64,000 nucleotides of DNA from an uncultured virus (IMG/VR IMGVR_UViG_3300035199_000776) (Duplodnaviria > Heunggongvirae > Uroviricota > Caudoviricetes): IMG/VR virus record IMGVR_UViG_3300035199_000776; one strand, 5' to 3'. Below the pieces are notes generated by a model. The model ran no database searches. It saw nothing but the letters and a program-made list of their open reading frames with translations, and was not told the DNA's origin. The translations under genes and the position numbers were made by a program. Positions 8,750 to 17,807 of the stretch are shown one piece after another. The stretch's first letter is position 1. Every line of letters begins with the position of its first letter.

Positions 8750-9844
8750 TTAATAATCTAATCTAACTCTAATTGTGTAATTTTGTGAAGGATCACTCTT
8801 CAAAGGCTCCGACACTTTAGCGGTCGCCAATAATTCGTTGTCGGCCGAATATAACCCAATAGTAGTAAAATAGGCAACCGGTGTATCTGTCGCATTATTT
8901 TTAACTCGAAGCTTTGAGCCGGTTAAGTAAGTTGGGTTTGCTGAGTAGTTATACTCGTTGTGATTAACACGACAAAAATAAATTGAAGAATTCAACTCGG
9001 TTGTATTGTTAAAGGATATATCATAGATCCTATGTCGAAAATCATTGCAGAAAGTTGAAATAGTGCTACCGCTTGCGATTAACGGAGCGGTCTCGCCGCC
9101 GTATGACCACGAAGCAATGCTCGCGCTCAGCATACCAGTCTCGGTGGTACCAGCAGTAGATATCGTTATAAAATCAAGAAGAACAACTCCTGCCTGATAA
9201 TATATCAATCCGACTTCTAACGGAGACGCGCCGCCGGCCTGGATAGTGGCACCACTCATTGGTGTCCCGGCTGAATTTTCCGCATACAAAATACCATATT
9301 CGCCGGCAGGAGAATTAACCCTATAATTATTGATCGCGCCTGAATCATATACTTTAATTCTTTGATCGAAGGCGTTCGCGAAAGAGGCAGACACGCCCAA
9401 AACCATAGAGAACGATCCTTTCTTGATTTCGTCTTTTACCAATAATCGTGAAAAAGGCATAATTATAGCACTAGTAAGTGTAGAGCCCGTGGACATTATG
9501 CCGTCGCGGTCAAAATCTCGAACAGAGCCAGTTACGTCATAGCCGACCAGCGTTTGAGCGAATTGATTATATAGATTGTTTTTCTTTTGCTGTTGTATGG
9601 TCACCAAACTGTAATTCGAGTCATTAGCTGACATTCCGACTGTGAGATCAAAAATGTGATTTGCCGAAGAAGATAAATATGGATAGTCATACACCGAATC
9701 GAACATTCCGTGTGTATAAGTTTTGATATTGTTGTTGATATATGTACCAGAAACAATACTACCCGTAATTGGAATAGCCTCGTGAAGTCTTGTGCGAACA
9801 GATGTAACATCGTTGCTTGAAATATTTTTATAAGTAGTAGCCAT
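8750..9844 (-). CDS. Virion structural protein (baseplate/tail-fibre attachment region)
   Basis: C-terminal YFTTIGLYSADNELLATAKVSEP...RLDY; internal GLIYYQAGVVLL similar to GVVLYNQGFILL of the neighbouring gene. Confidence 0.65.
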   Translation of the reverse strand: MATTYKNISSNDVTSVRTRLHEAIPITGSIVSGTYINNNIKTYTHGMFDSVYDYPYLSSSANHIFDLTVGMSANDSNYSLVTIQQQKKNNLYNQFAQTLVGYDVTGSVRDFDRDGIMSTGSTLTSAIIMPFSRLLVKDEIKKGSFSMVLGVSASFANAFDQRIKVYDSGAINNYRVNSPAGEYGILYAENSAGTPMSGATIQAGGASPLEVGLIYYQAGVVLLDFITISTAGTTETGMLSASIASWSYGGETAPLIASGSTISTFCNDFRHRIYDISFNNTTELNSSIYFCRVNHNEYNYSANPTYLTGSKLRVKNNATDTPVAYFTTIGLYSADNELLATAKVSEPLKSDPSQNYTIRVRLDY

Positions 9845-9859
9845 TTTTAATCCTTATGC

Positions 9860-10789
9860 TTAACTCGTTTTCTTAATAAGTCTAATTGGAATATCAACTC
9901 GATATCCCGTGGTACCGCCGGAAACTCGAACAATAGCATCAATAGTTTTCAAACCGGTATTCGTGCCGCTTAAACCAGCTAGGTCTGAGGTAGTGCCCAA
10001 AGTATCAAATAGATATGTGCTAGTGTTGATTTCCAAAGACGAAAGTATTTTAAATTTTAATGTTGTCCCTCTTGGGCCACTAATCGATTGATTAGCAGAA
10101 TCGGAGGTATCATTGTTTTCGGAGACAAAAGAAGTATTTGTTCCCAGTGATAGAACGTATGTTGCTACTTGATCATCGTCAATATACGAAACCGGGGCTG
10201 GATTGCCGTTGATCGAAACAATAGAGCCTAAACGATTATCCATTTCGATTACATATTGAGTTTCGACAAGCAGCGGATCCAAAACACGAGCCGGAGCAAT
10301 CGCAGTTGTGTCTAGACCCTGGTCGATGCGAACATAGTTGCCTCCGCCGGCGGGATCTTCGCCAAACAAAATGCCGTCGATAGAAGTGCCGGCAGTATTA
10401 GTTGCGAATTCTGTCTCTGTCGTATTATCAACGGCCACAACAAATGAGTTTGTGGTTGTATTCATTCTAGTAGCGTTTGAAAATACTTCGTTTATCTCAA
10501 GAACAGGAAGAAACAGTAGATTGTTTCTAGGAATTGTAATAAGTTTCGAGTTCATCAAAGAAGTATTATTGGTAAACGATTCTAAAATTGGAGTCTGTAA
10601 TATTTCCAAATCTGCATAGGCGCTGCCGCTAGCATGATTTAAATTAAATCTTGTGTAATTAATCTCATCATCGCCGAGACCGAACTTTACTATTCTAAAG
10701 CTACCGTCTCCTTTCGCCAATCGCATTCTACCTGTGTCTGTTAAGACAGCATCCAGAATGATGTCTCCTGAATTGTCTAAGAAAGCCAT
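9860..10789 (-). CDS. Virion structural protein
   Basis: N-terminal DAVLTDTGRMRLAKGDGSFRIVKFGLGDDEINY motif; AGGAG RBS; late-type promoter. Confidence 0.65.
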   Translation of the reverse strand: MAFLDNSGDIILDAVLTDTGRMRLAKGDGSFRIVKFGLGDDEINYTRFNLNHASGSAYADLEILQTPILESFTNNTSLMNSKLITIPRNNLLFLPVLEINEVFSNATRMNTTTNSFVVAVDNTTETEFATNTAGTSIDGILFGEDPAGGGNYVRIDQGLDTTAIAPARVLDPLLVETQYVIEMDNRLGSIVSINGNPAPVSYIDDDQVATYVLSLGTNTSFVSENNDTSDSANQSISGPRGTTLKFKILSSLEINTSTYLFDTLGTTSDLAGLSGTNTGLKTIDAIVRVSGGTTGYRVDIPIRLIKKTS

Positions 10790-10817
10790 ACCTTCTCCTT
10801 AATATATACTCGCACAC

Positions 10818-10828
10818 TATAAATAGTT
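10818..10828 (-). promoter_or_regulatory. Putative late promoter AACTATTTATA
   Basis: Intergenic, 28 nt upstream of ATG 10789; identical to 7391-7401. Confidence 0.65.
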
Positions 10829-10881
10829 ACTATCATTGAAACAAACCTAAAATATATTTATACCTCTGGAAAGATGAGTCT

Positions 10882-13494
10882 TCAATATTGTGTAAATGCT
10901 GATGACCAAGGGTCAAGAAGGTCCTCTTCATCTACCGGAAATTCAGTATCTTCTTCGTCTTCGTAAGCTATAGTGACCTTGGGCGGCGAGTACCCGTGCT
11001 CTAGAACGAGTGCTTCGGCATAGGAAGCTGAGGTTGGATCTAAAGTTGATTGGATACTTGGTGGTGGAGACTCCGCATCAAACGGGGTCGCGACCCTCGA
11101 AATTTTACAAGTCACATTAACATCAAACATTCTACTAGTTTTTTTGGATCGGAATCTGAATTTGAATTTCTTTCCAGTGTTGGCGTCGGGGCCAACACCA
11201 GAGGAACCAAAAAGTGTATCATCCTTGACCCCCAAAACAATTGGCTGTTTCTTGCTGATGGGCGACAAATCAGATAAAGTATAGTTGACCTGAGTATGAT
11301 TAACTTCTGGCCTTATTGTAACCACCTTCGATAAAGTTTTGCTATTTTTCCTTGTGTCCTTTTTCCTATCGCCAGTAACTTCTTTGATCATTGGATAAGA
11401 CAAACCATCGCTATCGACTAATTGGATTTCAAATATTCCAGTAGGATTAGATGCGATACCAAGCCTATTTCTAGCTATAAAAGTAAAATAATACTTTTGA
11501 TCTGGGACTAGCGAAATAACGGCTGCGGCGGAATCTGCCGATAACTTAGAGTTAGGATCCACATCGACCGGAACAGCAGCAAAGAAATTTTCTTTGAATT
11601 CATTGTAGGTGGATAAATCAAGAGGCTGTAAGTCCGATTTATAAATTTCAAAATTTGCAACAGTTGAAATACTTGAATATTCAAGCATTTCGTCTCCGTC
11701 AATTATCGGAAAATATTCATTTACTTTTGCTTGTAAAATATTTCGTTCATCAAACTGTGTTAGACTTGTCGGAACAACTGTACCATCGCCGTAGTTTGTT
11801 TTAAATGATAATTTAAATCTATTTTTTCTTCTTCGTATTGGAATTAATTCAAAACTTGGAACCAAAGGCTGTCTGGCCAAAATTTTACCAGTCTTTTCAA
11901 ATGCCGGAAATTCTATCACGCGTGTCGATAAGTAACTATCCACTGTTAAATGGTATGTTTTTGTTGGCGCGCCTTCGGCTGAGACGACTTCTATTTTTTT
12001 ATACTCATATTCACACCCATGAACAGCAATCACATAAAATATTTTGTATGTATATTCTTTATTGTAGAATACTTGAGTATCCAGATATTTTGTGGTTGCA
12101 TCTCGGGTTGGATATATGTTGGGAATAAATATAGTCTGTAATGGGCTTCCGTTCGTATTATTTCCTTCATATTTTTCAATTTTAAAATATAATACTTCTT
12201 GTTTGCCCGGTAAACCAGTTAAAACATCATCTATCTTCTTAACATTAGCATAGTTTCCTACACTCTCAATATATCTGCTAGCAGCGGTCTGAGCGGCTGT
12301 GCCGAATTGTATTGGAATCGCGTAATTGTTGACTGCTAAATTAACGCTTGGACTGTATAAAGGGCTAGCGCTTAAAATTTTTGTTGTATTATTTAAAGAT
12401 TCTAGTTCAGAAGGAGCATAATTGTTTAACCAGTCTTCGAAATTATATGAAACTATTGGTTGCTTTATATTTGCATTAACTGTTGTACCATCTGATTGAT
12501 CGAGCGTTCTGGAATATACACAATTTTTTAATTCGGTAAAATATTCCGGATATTCTGAATGCCATCTGAGCAGGTTGGTGCCTAGATCGTAGGCGGCAAG
12601 ATCGTCTGGGTCGGGGACAGGAAGATCGCAGGGCCACGGGTCGGCGGGATCCCACGGGGCAAAAAATATTACATTATTTAACAACAATGGTGGATTCTGG
12701 GCGCCTGCAACGCCGCTAATGAGCATGGAGATCCTATTAACAAGCGGCAATTGTTGAGAAAAAGTTAAGGCGTCGCGAAGTCCATGGTTGCCTTCGTGCG
12801 GGAGCCACCACCCCGGGTCGAGATCACCGGACTGGTGTATTGTTGTATCTAAGAAATCTAAATTTGAAGTTTGGAGGGTCGACACATTTTCAGGCGGAAC
12901 AATTAGATTTTTATATTCAAATCTTTTCTTCTCAGATGTATTATACTCGTTGATAGCACTATCTAAAAAACGGAGTGCTCTTAATTTTAAATCTGAATCA
13001 TTTTGATATGGTTCATAGTAGTTTAGCAACCCTATCTCTTCTTTTACTGTATTATTCAAATCTTCATATTCAATATTTTCGACTTCGTAATCGAATACTA
13101 CGTCGGTTGCGGGCTTTGTGTTTTTATTTCTTGCGTCAATATATAATTCTGGCGCTTGAAACTCGGTTGAAAAGTCTGAGAACTTTTTATCGAACTCAAT
13201 ATAAGAACTCGGATCTAAAGGCACTGGGAAAGCGGGGTTATCTTTAACCTCCAATATTGTCTGATATCTTACAGTTAAGCCAATACCAGCTTCGGAAGTG
13301 TGAATCCGGGTTTGCTTGTTTACCGACCACGTAAAAGGAGAATTACTTTCTGGAACAAAGGAGAGGCCGGCAGGCGATCCTTGATCATCGACTCCTTTCC
13401 AAGAGCCAAAAAGCTGTAAAAACCTATCTTCTAAATTAGGCTTTTCGATATCAGAATAAATTTCTTCATTCACAAATTTAATAGTTTTGCTCAT
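10882..13494 (-). CDS. Putative structural protein with FN3-like segments
   Basis: 870 aa; YLDTQVFYNKEYTYKI and LVPDQKYYFTFIARN resemble fibronectin III strands; acidic tail. Confidence 0.6.
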   Translation of the reverse strand: MSKTIKFVNEEIYSDIEKPNLEDRFLQLFGSWKGVDDQGSPAGLSFVPESNSPFTWSVNKQTRIHTSEAGIGLTVRYQTILEVKDNPAFPVPLDPSSYIEFDKKFSDFSTEFQAPELYIDARNKNTKPATDVVFDYEVENIEYEDLNNTVKEEIGLLNYYEPYQNDSDLKLRALRFLDSAINEYNTSEKKRFEYKNLIVPPENVSTLQTSNLDFLDTTIHQSGDLDPGWWLPHEGNHGLRDALTFSQQLPLVNRISMLISGVAGAQNPPLLLNNVIFFAPWDPADPWPCDLPVPDPDDLAAYDLGTNLLRWHSEYPEYFTELKNCVYSRTLDQSDGTTVNANIKQPIVSYNFEDWLNNYAPSELESLNNTTKILSASPLYSPSVNLAVNNYAIPIQFGTAAQTAASRYIESVGNYANVKKIDDVLTGLPGKQEVLYFKIEKYEGNNTNGSPLQTIFIPNIYPTRDATTKYLDTQVFYNKEYTYKIFYVIAVHGCEYEYKKIEVVSAEGAPTKTYHLTVDSYLSTRVIEFPAFEKTGKILARQPLVPSFELIPIRRRKNRFKLSFKTNYGDGTVVPTSLTQFDERNILQAKVNEYFPIIDGDEMLEYSSISTVANFEIYKSDLQPLDLSTYNEFKENFFAAVPVDVDPNSKLSADSAAAVISLVPDQKYYFTFIARNRLGIASNPTGIFEIQLVDSDGLSYPMIKEVTGDRKKDTRKNSKTLSKVVTIRPEVNHTQVNYTLSDLSPISKKQPIVLGVKDDTLFGSSGVGPDANTGKKFKFRFRSKKTSRMFDVNVTCKISRVATPFDAESPPPSIQSTLDPTSASYAEALVLEHGYSPPKVTIAYEDEEDTEFPVDEEDLLDPWSSAFTQY

Positions 13495-16400
13495 TTATAG
13501 CCTCCTCTTCGAGTAGTAGACGATGGTTTCATAGGAACGGAAGTTTGTGTGGGGGAAACCACCGGGGGCTTCTTCTTAGATAAGTCAACACCGGATCCGT
13601 AATTATATTGAATTTCCAGAACTTCTTTGGGCTGTGTTACAAATAAGGACGACGCTAGCACTTGTTCATAAAATCCGGTGGCCTTTAAGTTTAAAATATC
13701 CTGATATAATGCGCTAGCGGTGTTTCCGAGGCCATGCACATTGGTAGCTGCTATATCTGGAACAGTGCCGGCTGCTGTGCCCGCTGTGCCGGCGTCGATT
13801 GTAAAATATTGATCGATAGTTTTTAAATTCAAGTTTTTGTATTCCCCCACCAATAATGCGTTATTTGCGTAGTTGCTAATTTTACAAAGTATCTTCCCGC
13901 CTCCCACCAAAGTATTCATAACTGCGGGAGTCAGGGGTTCAAATATTGGCGTTGGGGCTTCTCCGCCGGCAATATTAGTGCCGGATTCGAATCCGGATGC
14001 GTATAATATTCTACCGATCAGAAAATGATTAAAAAGCATATAAGGAAATACTTTATTTCCCGTTATGACTTGTTTTAAATTAAAAAGTGTAGACAAGCGA
14101 GCCGATAAGGAGGCGCCGGTGGGTGAAGACAATACTTTAATTTGAAGGGGCAGATTATCAATAAACTTCTTTTTGTCTTTACTAGCTTCGTATAGAGAGA
14201 ATATTTTTGAGCCTTCGTTATTCATGTCAAAGTCAATAAGATTCAGAAGTTCTTCAAATCTTTGTTGCGAGAGTGATTGTAAAAGAATATCCTGGTATAC
14301 AATGTTGGACATTCTTCTGGCGAAGTTTAAATTACTTTGGATATCGAATAATTCCGGGGAATCAGCAAGGTCGCCAGTTGCGGTATTGAAATTTGTTTCT
14401 TCACTACCCATGACTTCGGTTGACTCTACCGTCGACTGTGAGCCGGCGTTTTTCTGTATTTCGCTCTTAAAAGATATTCCCCGGCCGGTTAAGCTTGTAA
14501 GAAGCTCATTTTTATGAATAAGCGCGGCCCTTGTATCTTTGTGCAGTTCGTCGAAACCAAAACGATAGGATCTTCTACTATTACCGAATGTTCTGTTATT
14601 GACTGTGCACAATAAAGAAGACAACCGACTAGTCATCTTATTGGGGCTCGTTAATAGGTCAAATTCATTTGCGTCCATATTGATCTTAATGGGCGTAAAG
14701 TCTCTATACTTATTAGTCACTAGTTGGCCTATTATTTGACTTTGACTAGTCAAATTAGAATTTGAAATATATTTTCCTATTTCTTGAGTGGTGCGGTTTT
14801 CAAAGGCCGTAGTTGATACTGTAGGCATAGAGCCTTGATCAGTTATCGTATCAAAATATTTAACGCCTGTGGCCGAAGATAAATTAACATTAACATTTCT
14901 TGTTTTAACATTGATTTTAATTAAATCTTTTGGTTCTTTGTGGGTGCTAGTTTTCTTAGAACCGTCACTTGAATCTTGGAATAAAGTAGTAAAATTAAGG
15001 TTAGATGTTAATAAATCTTTAAGTTGATCAACAAATAGAAATAAATTCTCATAATTTCGTATATTGCCGGTGTGGATATTTAATTGCGCGTAAAAAGCTT
15101 GATTTATCTGATTCAAAGTCGCGGGTTCAATTTTAAAAAATATGTCTAGAACATCAATCAAATTGGCCAAAAATAATGCTATTCCTTTGTCGATCTCGTC
15201 GGCAGACGAATATTTAGTAAGTTCCAATTTATTGATACGATCTATTATAAATCTTCCGTTTTTGCTTGTTAAACTATCATCTTGTAGTATTTTATAGATA
15301 TAATGCATGTTATAACAAGAACTGATAAATTTTGCAACTTTTTTATTTGCTACTTCTCTGATACCATCGCGAAACGAAATTTGCATTCTATAATAGAAAT
15401 CCGAGTTTGAAAATCCAGAACTAACATTATCCGTCAAAACCATGGGCATTATTCTTTCGCGGAATGAATAATTTTGGTTATAACGAATGGTTGCTAATTC
15501 TCTCTTTTCCTCAGTCTTAAAAAGATTGTGGCCCTCTGAAATTTGATATGTGTTGGTGCCTGGGGCGAAAGAGGTATCAATAATCTTCAATTCCCTTTCT
15601 TCTAAATCGGAATCTAAAACTCTTCCGACTTTTATATTTTGCATGTATGTTGAATTAATTATTTCTCTAAGGGTTGTATCTCCCAAATTATTTAAAAGGG
15701 ACGCATACGGCGAATTTCGCTGTAGCATCGTAAAACGATTAATAAAGAATATACTTCGAAGTTTTTGATCAGGTGAGATGCTAGGGAAAATTTCGCTAAC
15801 GCCATTATTTTTTATATCAAAAACTATGTCCTCGGAGGTCTTTGTTTCAGTTTTAAACATTTCGGCGCCGGGATCCAACAAGAAATAATTTTTTAAATAA
15901 GACATTAATCTATCGGAATTTATTACTCTAGTATCAACTATCTTTGAAATAGATGCTTTTCCTGTCGAAAGAATGCCGTGAGGAGTTGAAGTGTGCTTAA
16001 GCCCTTCCATATAAATTAATTTATTTGTTTCTTCCACTATGTTTTGATGAGCGGCGCCGGCCCAGATCTCATCGGTTTGTGGAGAAACAAAAAAGTATGA
16101 ATTAGTTTGTAGTGAATAGTTCGATAATATTAATTCTCCGGTTAATCTCCCAAATAATTGATTCTTTGAATCAAAAGAAAAGCTGGATCCTACGGAGCGA
16201 TTTGCCGAGCGCATGAAAGTAAAGCATGCTAAATTTTTTGGATTCAAAGAAAAAGTATCAATTGATGTTTCGAAATTTAATTTGTTATATGTAGAAGTAG
16301 TTGGGCCAGAAGAAAATGAAACCATCGTATTTCTATGTGAGTTCAAGAAACTACTAAAAGGAATTGTTTTGATAATTAATCTCTGATCGGCCATTAATTT

Positions 16401-16763
16401 ATTCAATTGTCTAAACCTAAATTCACCTTTTCTCAAACGATCAATAACAACTGTATCTTCGGTCAAAATAACATATATTTCGATGCGCTGATTATTTTTC
16501 ATATAGCGCACAGTACTATTGTTTAACATCAAACACATATTAATATCAACGGTTAATCCAGAGCCATCAATATTCTGACTAACCTCCCCTAGATTGATGC
16601 CCTCTTTAACATATTCGGTTTTACCAAATTGGCTTTTTCTTTTTAGAGCCGAGATGCTCCTTTCGCTAGCAGTAAGAGTGCCGGCATCACTAAGCTTAAT
16701 ACCCTCGACATAAACTGCTGGGACTATGGTATCTAAAAATGATTGTGCATTAACTTTTTTCAT
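13491..16763 (-). CDS. Large hypothetical protein (putative virion component)
   Basis: 1090-aa uninterrupted ORF within the structural module. Confidence 0.6.
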   Translation of the reverse strand: MKKVNAQSFLDTIVPAVYVEGIKLSDAGTLTASERSISALKRKSQFGKTEYVKEGINLGEVSQNIDGSGLTVDINMCLMLNNSTVRYMKNNQRIEIYVILTEDTVVIDRLRKGEFRFRQLNKLMADQRLIIKTIPFSSFLNSHRNTMVSFSSGPTTSTYNKLNFETSIDTFSLNPKNLACFTFMRSANRSVGSSFSFDSKNQLFGRLTGELILSNYSLQTNSYFFVSPQTDEIWAGAAHQNIVEETNKLIYMEGLKHTSTPHGILSTGKASISKIVDTRVINSDRLMSYLKNYFLLDPGAEMFKTETKTSEDIVFDIKNNGVSEIFPSISPDQKLRSIFFINRFTMLQRNSPYASLLNNLGDTTLREIINSTYMQNIKVGRVLDSDLEERELKIIDTSFAPGTNTYQISEGHNLFKTEEKRELATIRYNQNYSFRERIMPMVLTDNVSSGFSNSDFYYRMQISFRDGIREVANKKVAKFISSCYNMHYIYKILQDDSLTSKNGRFIIDRINKLELTKYSSADEIDKGIALFLANLIDVLDIFFKIEPATLNQINQAFYAQLNIHTGNIRNYENLFLFVDQLKDLLTSNLNFTTLFQDSSDGSKKTSTHKEPKDLIKINVKTRNVNVNLSSATGVKYFDTITDQGSMPTVSTTAFENRTTQEIGKYISNSNLTSQSQIIGQLVTNKYRDFTPIKINMDANEFDLLTSPNKMTSRLSSLLCTVNNRTFGNSRRSYRFGFDELHKDTRAALIHKNELLTSLTGRGISFKSEIQKNAGSQSTVESTEVMGSEETNFNTATGDLADSPELFDIQSNLNFARRMSNIVYQDILLQSLSQQRFEELLNLIDFDMNNEGSKIFSLYEASKDKKKFIDNLPLQIKVLSSPTGASLSARLSTLFNLKQVITGNKVFPYMLFNHFLIGRILYASGFESGTNIAGGEAPTPIFEPLTPAVMNTLVGGGKILCKISNYANNALLVGEYKNLNLKTIDQYFTIDAGTAGTAAGTVPDIAATNVHGLGNTASALYQDILNLKATGFYEQVLASSLFVTQPKEVLEIQYNYGSGVDLSKKKPPVVSPTQTSVPMKPSSTTRRGGYK

Positions 16764-16768
16764 AATAT

Positions 16769-16779
16769 TATAACTAGTT
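16769..16779 (-). promoter_or_regulatory. Putative late promoter variant AACTAGTTATA
   Basis: One mismatch to AACTATTTATA, filling a 16-nt intergenic gap, 5 nt before ATG. Confidence 0.5.
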
Positions 16780-17805
16780 TTATGGACACTTTTCTATACC
16801 TGCATCAGAATCGTAGATGTTAAATTGATCATCGTTAACCGGTTTGGTGTCCGGGCAATCGAATCCAATATCCAAAGCAAAGCCCTGTGATCTTAGCTGT
16901 GAAATCAAAGAACAAATAAAATCTTCTGATATTTCCTCGTAAGTATCGGTGAAAACATCAAAGTAATACTCTGCATCGTTCGTTGTTGCCGGATAGTTTA
17001 GCATTAAATTTTGCTTTCGTATAAGATCTTCAGCGTTGATTAGAATATCATCTTCAACTTTGAGATCTGCTGTCTGTTTTATAAAGTTTAATTTTCTTAG
17101 AGGATAATTACCCAAATCAGGATCAATAGTATCCCCAATTTCATATACTTCTAGCTCGAAATTTTCGAACTTATCATCAGTATTTAGCTCTTCAACCAAG
17201 AAAGTTAATTGTTTAGATTGAACATATGGAGTGCCGCCATCAGAAGACATCGTGCGCTTACTCAAAAAAGGATCATATTTAAAAGGAGGTTTTGTAGCCG
17301 TAAAACTATCAATCGCTACCTTGAATTCTAAATCAACATCAATCTGTGGAATTAATAAATCTGGGTGGCCTGGGTTGGTGCTGTTAATATTCGAGCCAGA
17401 AGTATAGAAATTACTAGTGGCTTTCAATTCGCCTTCTAGGAAAGTCAATCTGAAATTGGGTGCTGCGGCGCCGCTTAAGGTGACGCTTCCTATAGAATTT
17501 ATATTTGAGGCCATCGAATTAAAAATTGTACTTTGACTGCCGGACAACGGTAAATCCAAAGAAAATTCTGAAGAAGGAAATCTTTTCATTTGAGGCAAAG
17601 TATATGGTGTTTCATCAACGATTCTTACACTCGATGAATTTTGAACTTCTGTGATCGAGCCAGGGGCTAATTGCTTATTATATGAGATGCCATCATCGGA
17701 GAAAGAATAATACACCGGTCTAAATAAACCTTTTGAAAAAAGCTCTTCTCCGTGAGGAGTTAGCTCAATTTTTAACATTTCTTCTTTTTGGTTAAAAAAT
17801 CTCAT
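16780..17805 (-). CDS. Virion structural protein
   Basis: N-terminal IELTPHGEELFSKGLFRPVYYSFSDDGISY resembles the N-terminus of 9860..10789. Confidence 0.6.
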   Translation of the reverse strand: MRFFNQKEEMLKIELTPHGEELFSKGLFRPVYYSFSDDGISYNKQLAPGSITEVQNSSSVRIVDETPYTLPQMKRFPSSEFSLDLPLSGSQSTIFNSMASNINSIGSVTLSGAAAPNFRLTFLEGELKATSNFYTSGSNINSTNPGHPDLLIPQIDVDLEFKVAIDSFTATKPPFKYDPFLSKRTMSSDGGTPYVQSKQLTFLVEELNTDDKFENFELEVYEIGDTIDPDLGNYPLRKLNFIKQTADLKVEDDILINAEDLIRKQNLMLNYPATTNDAEYYFDVFTDTYEEISEDFICSLISQLRSQGFALDIGFDCPDTKPVNDDQFNIYDSDAGIEKCP

Positions 17806-17807
17806 TT

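Noticed and set aside
10790..10881. tRNA, ncRNA or intrinsic terminator in the largest intergenic gap
   Set aside because: No cloverleaf or GC hairpin with U-tract is recognisable; the gap holds only the late-type motif and an RBS. No convincing terminator was seen elsewhere either.
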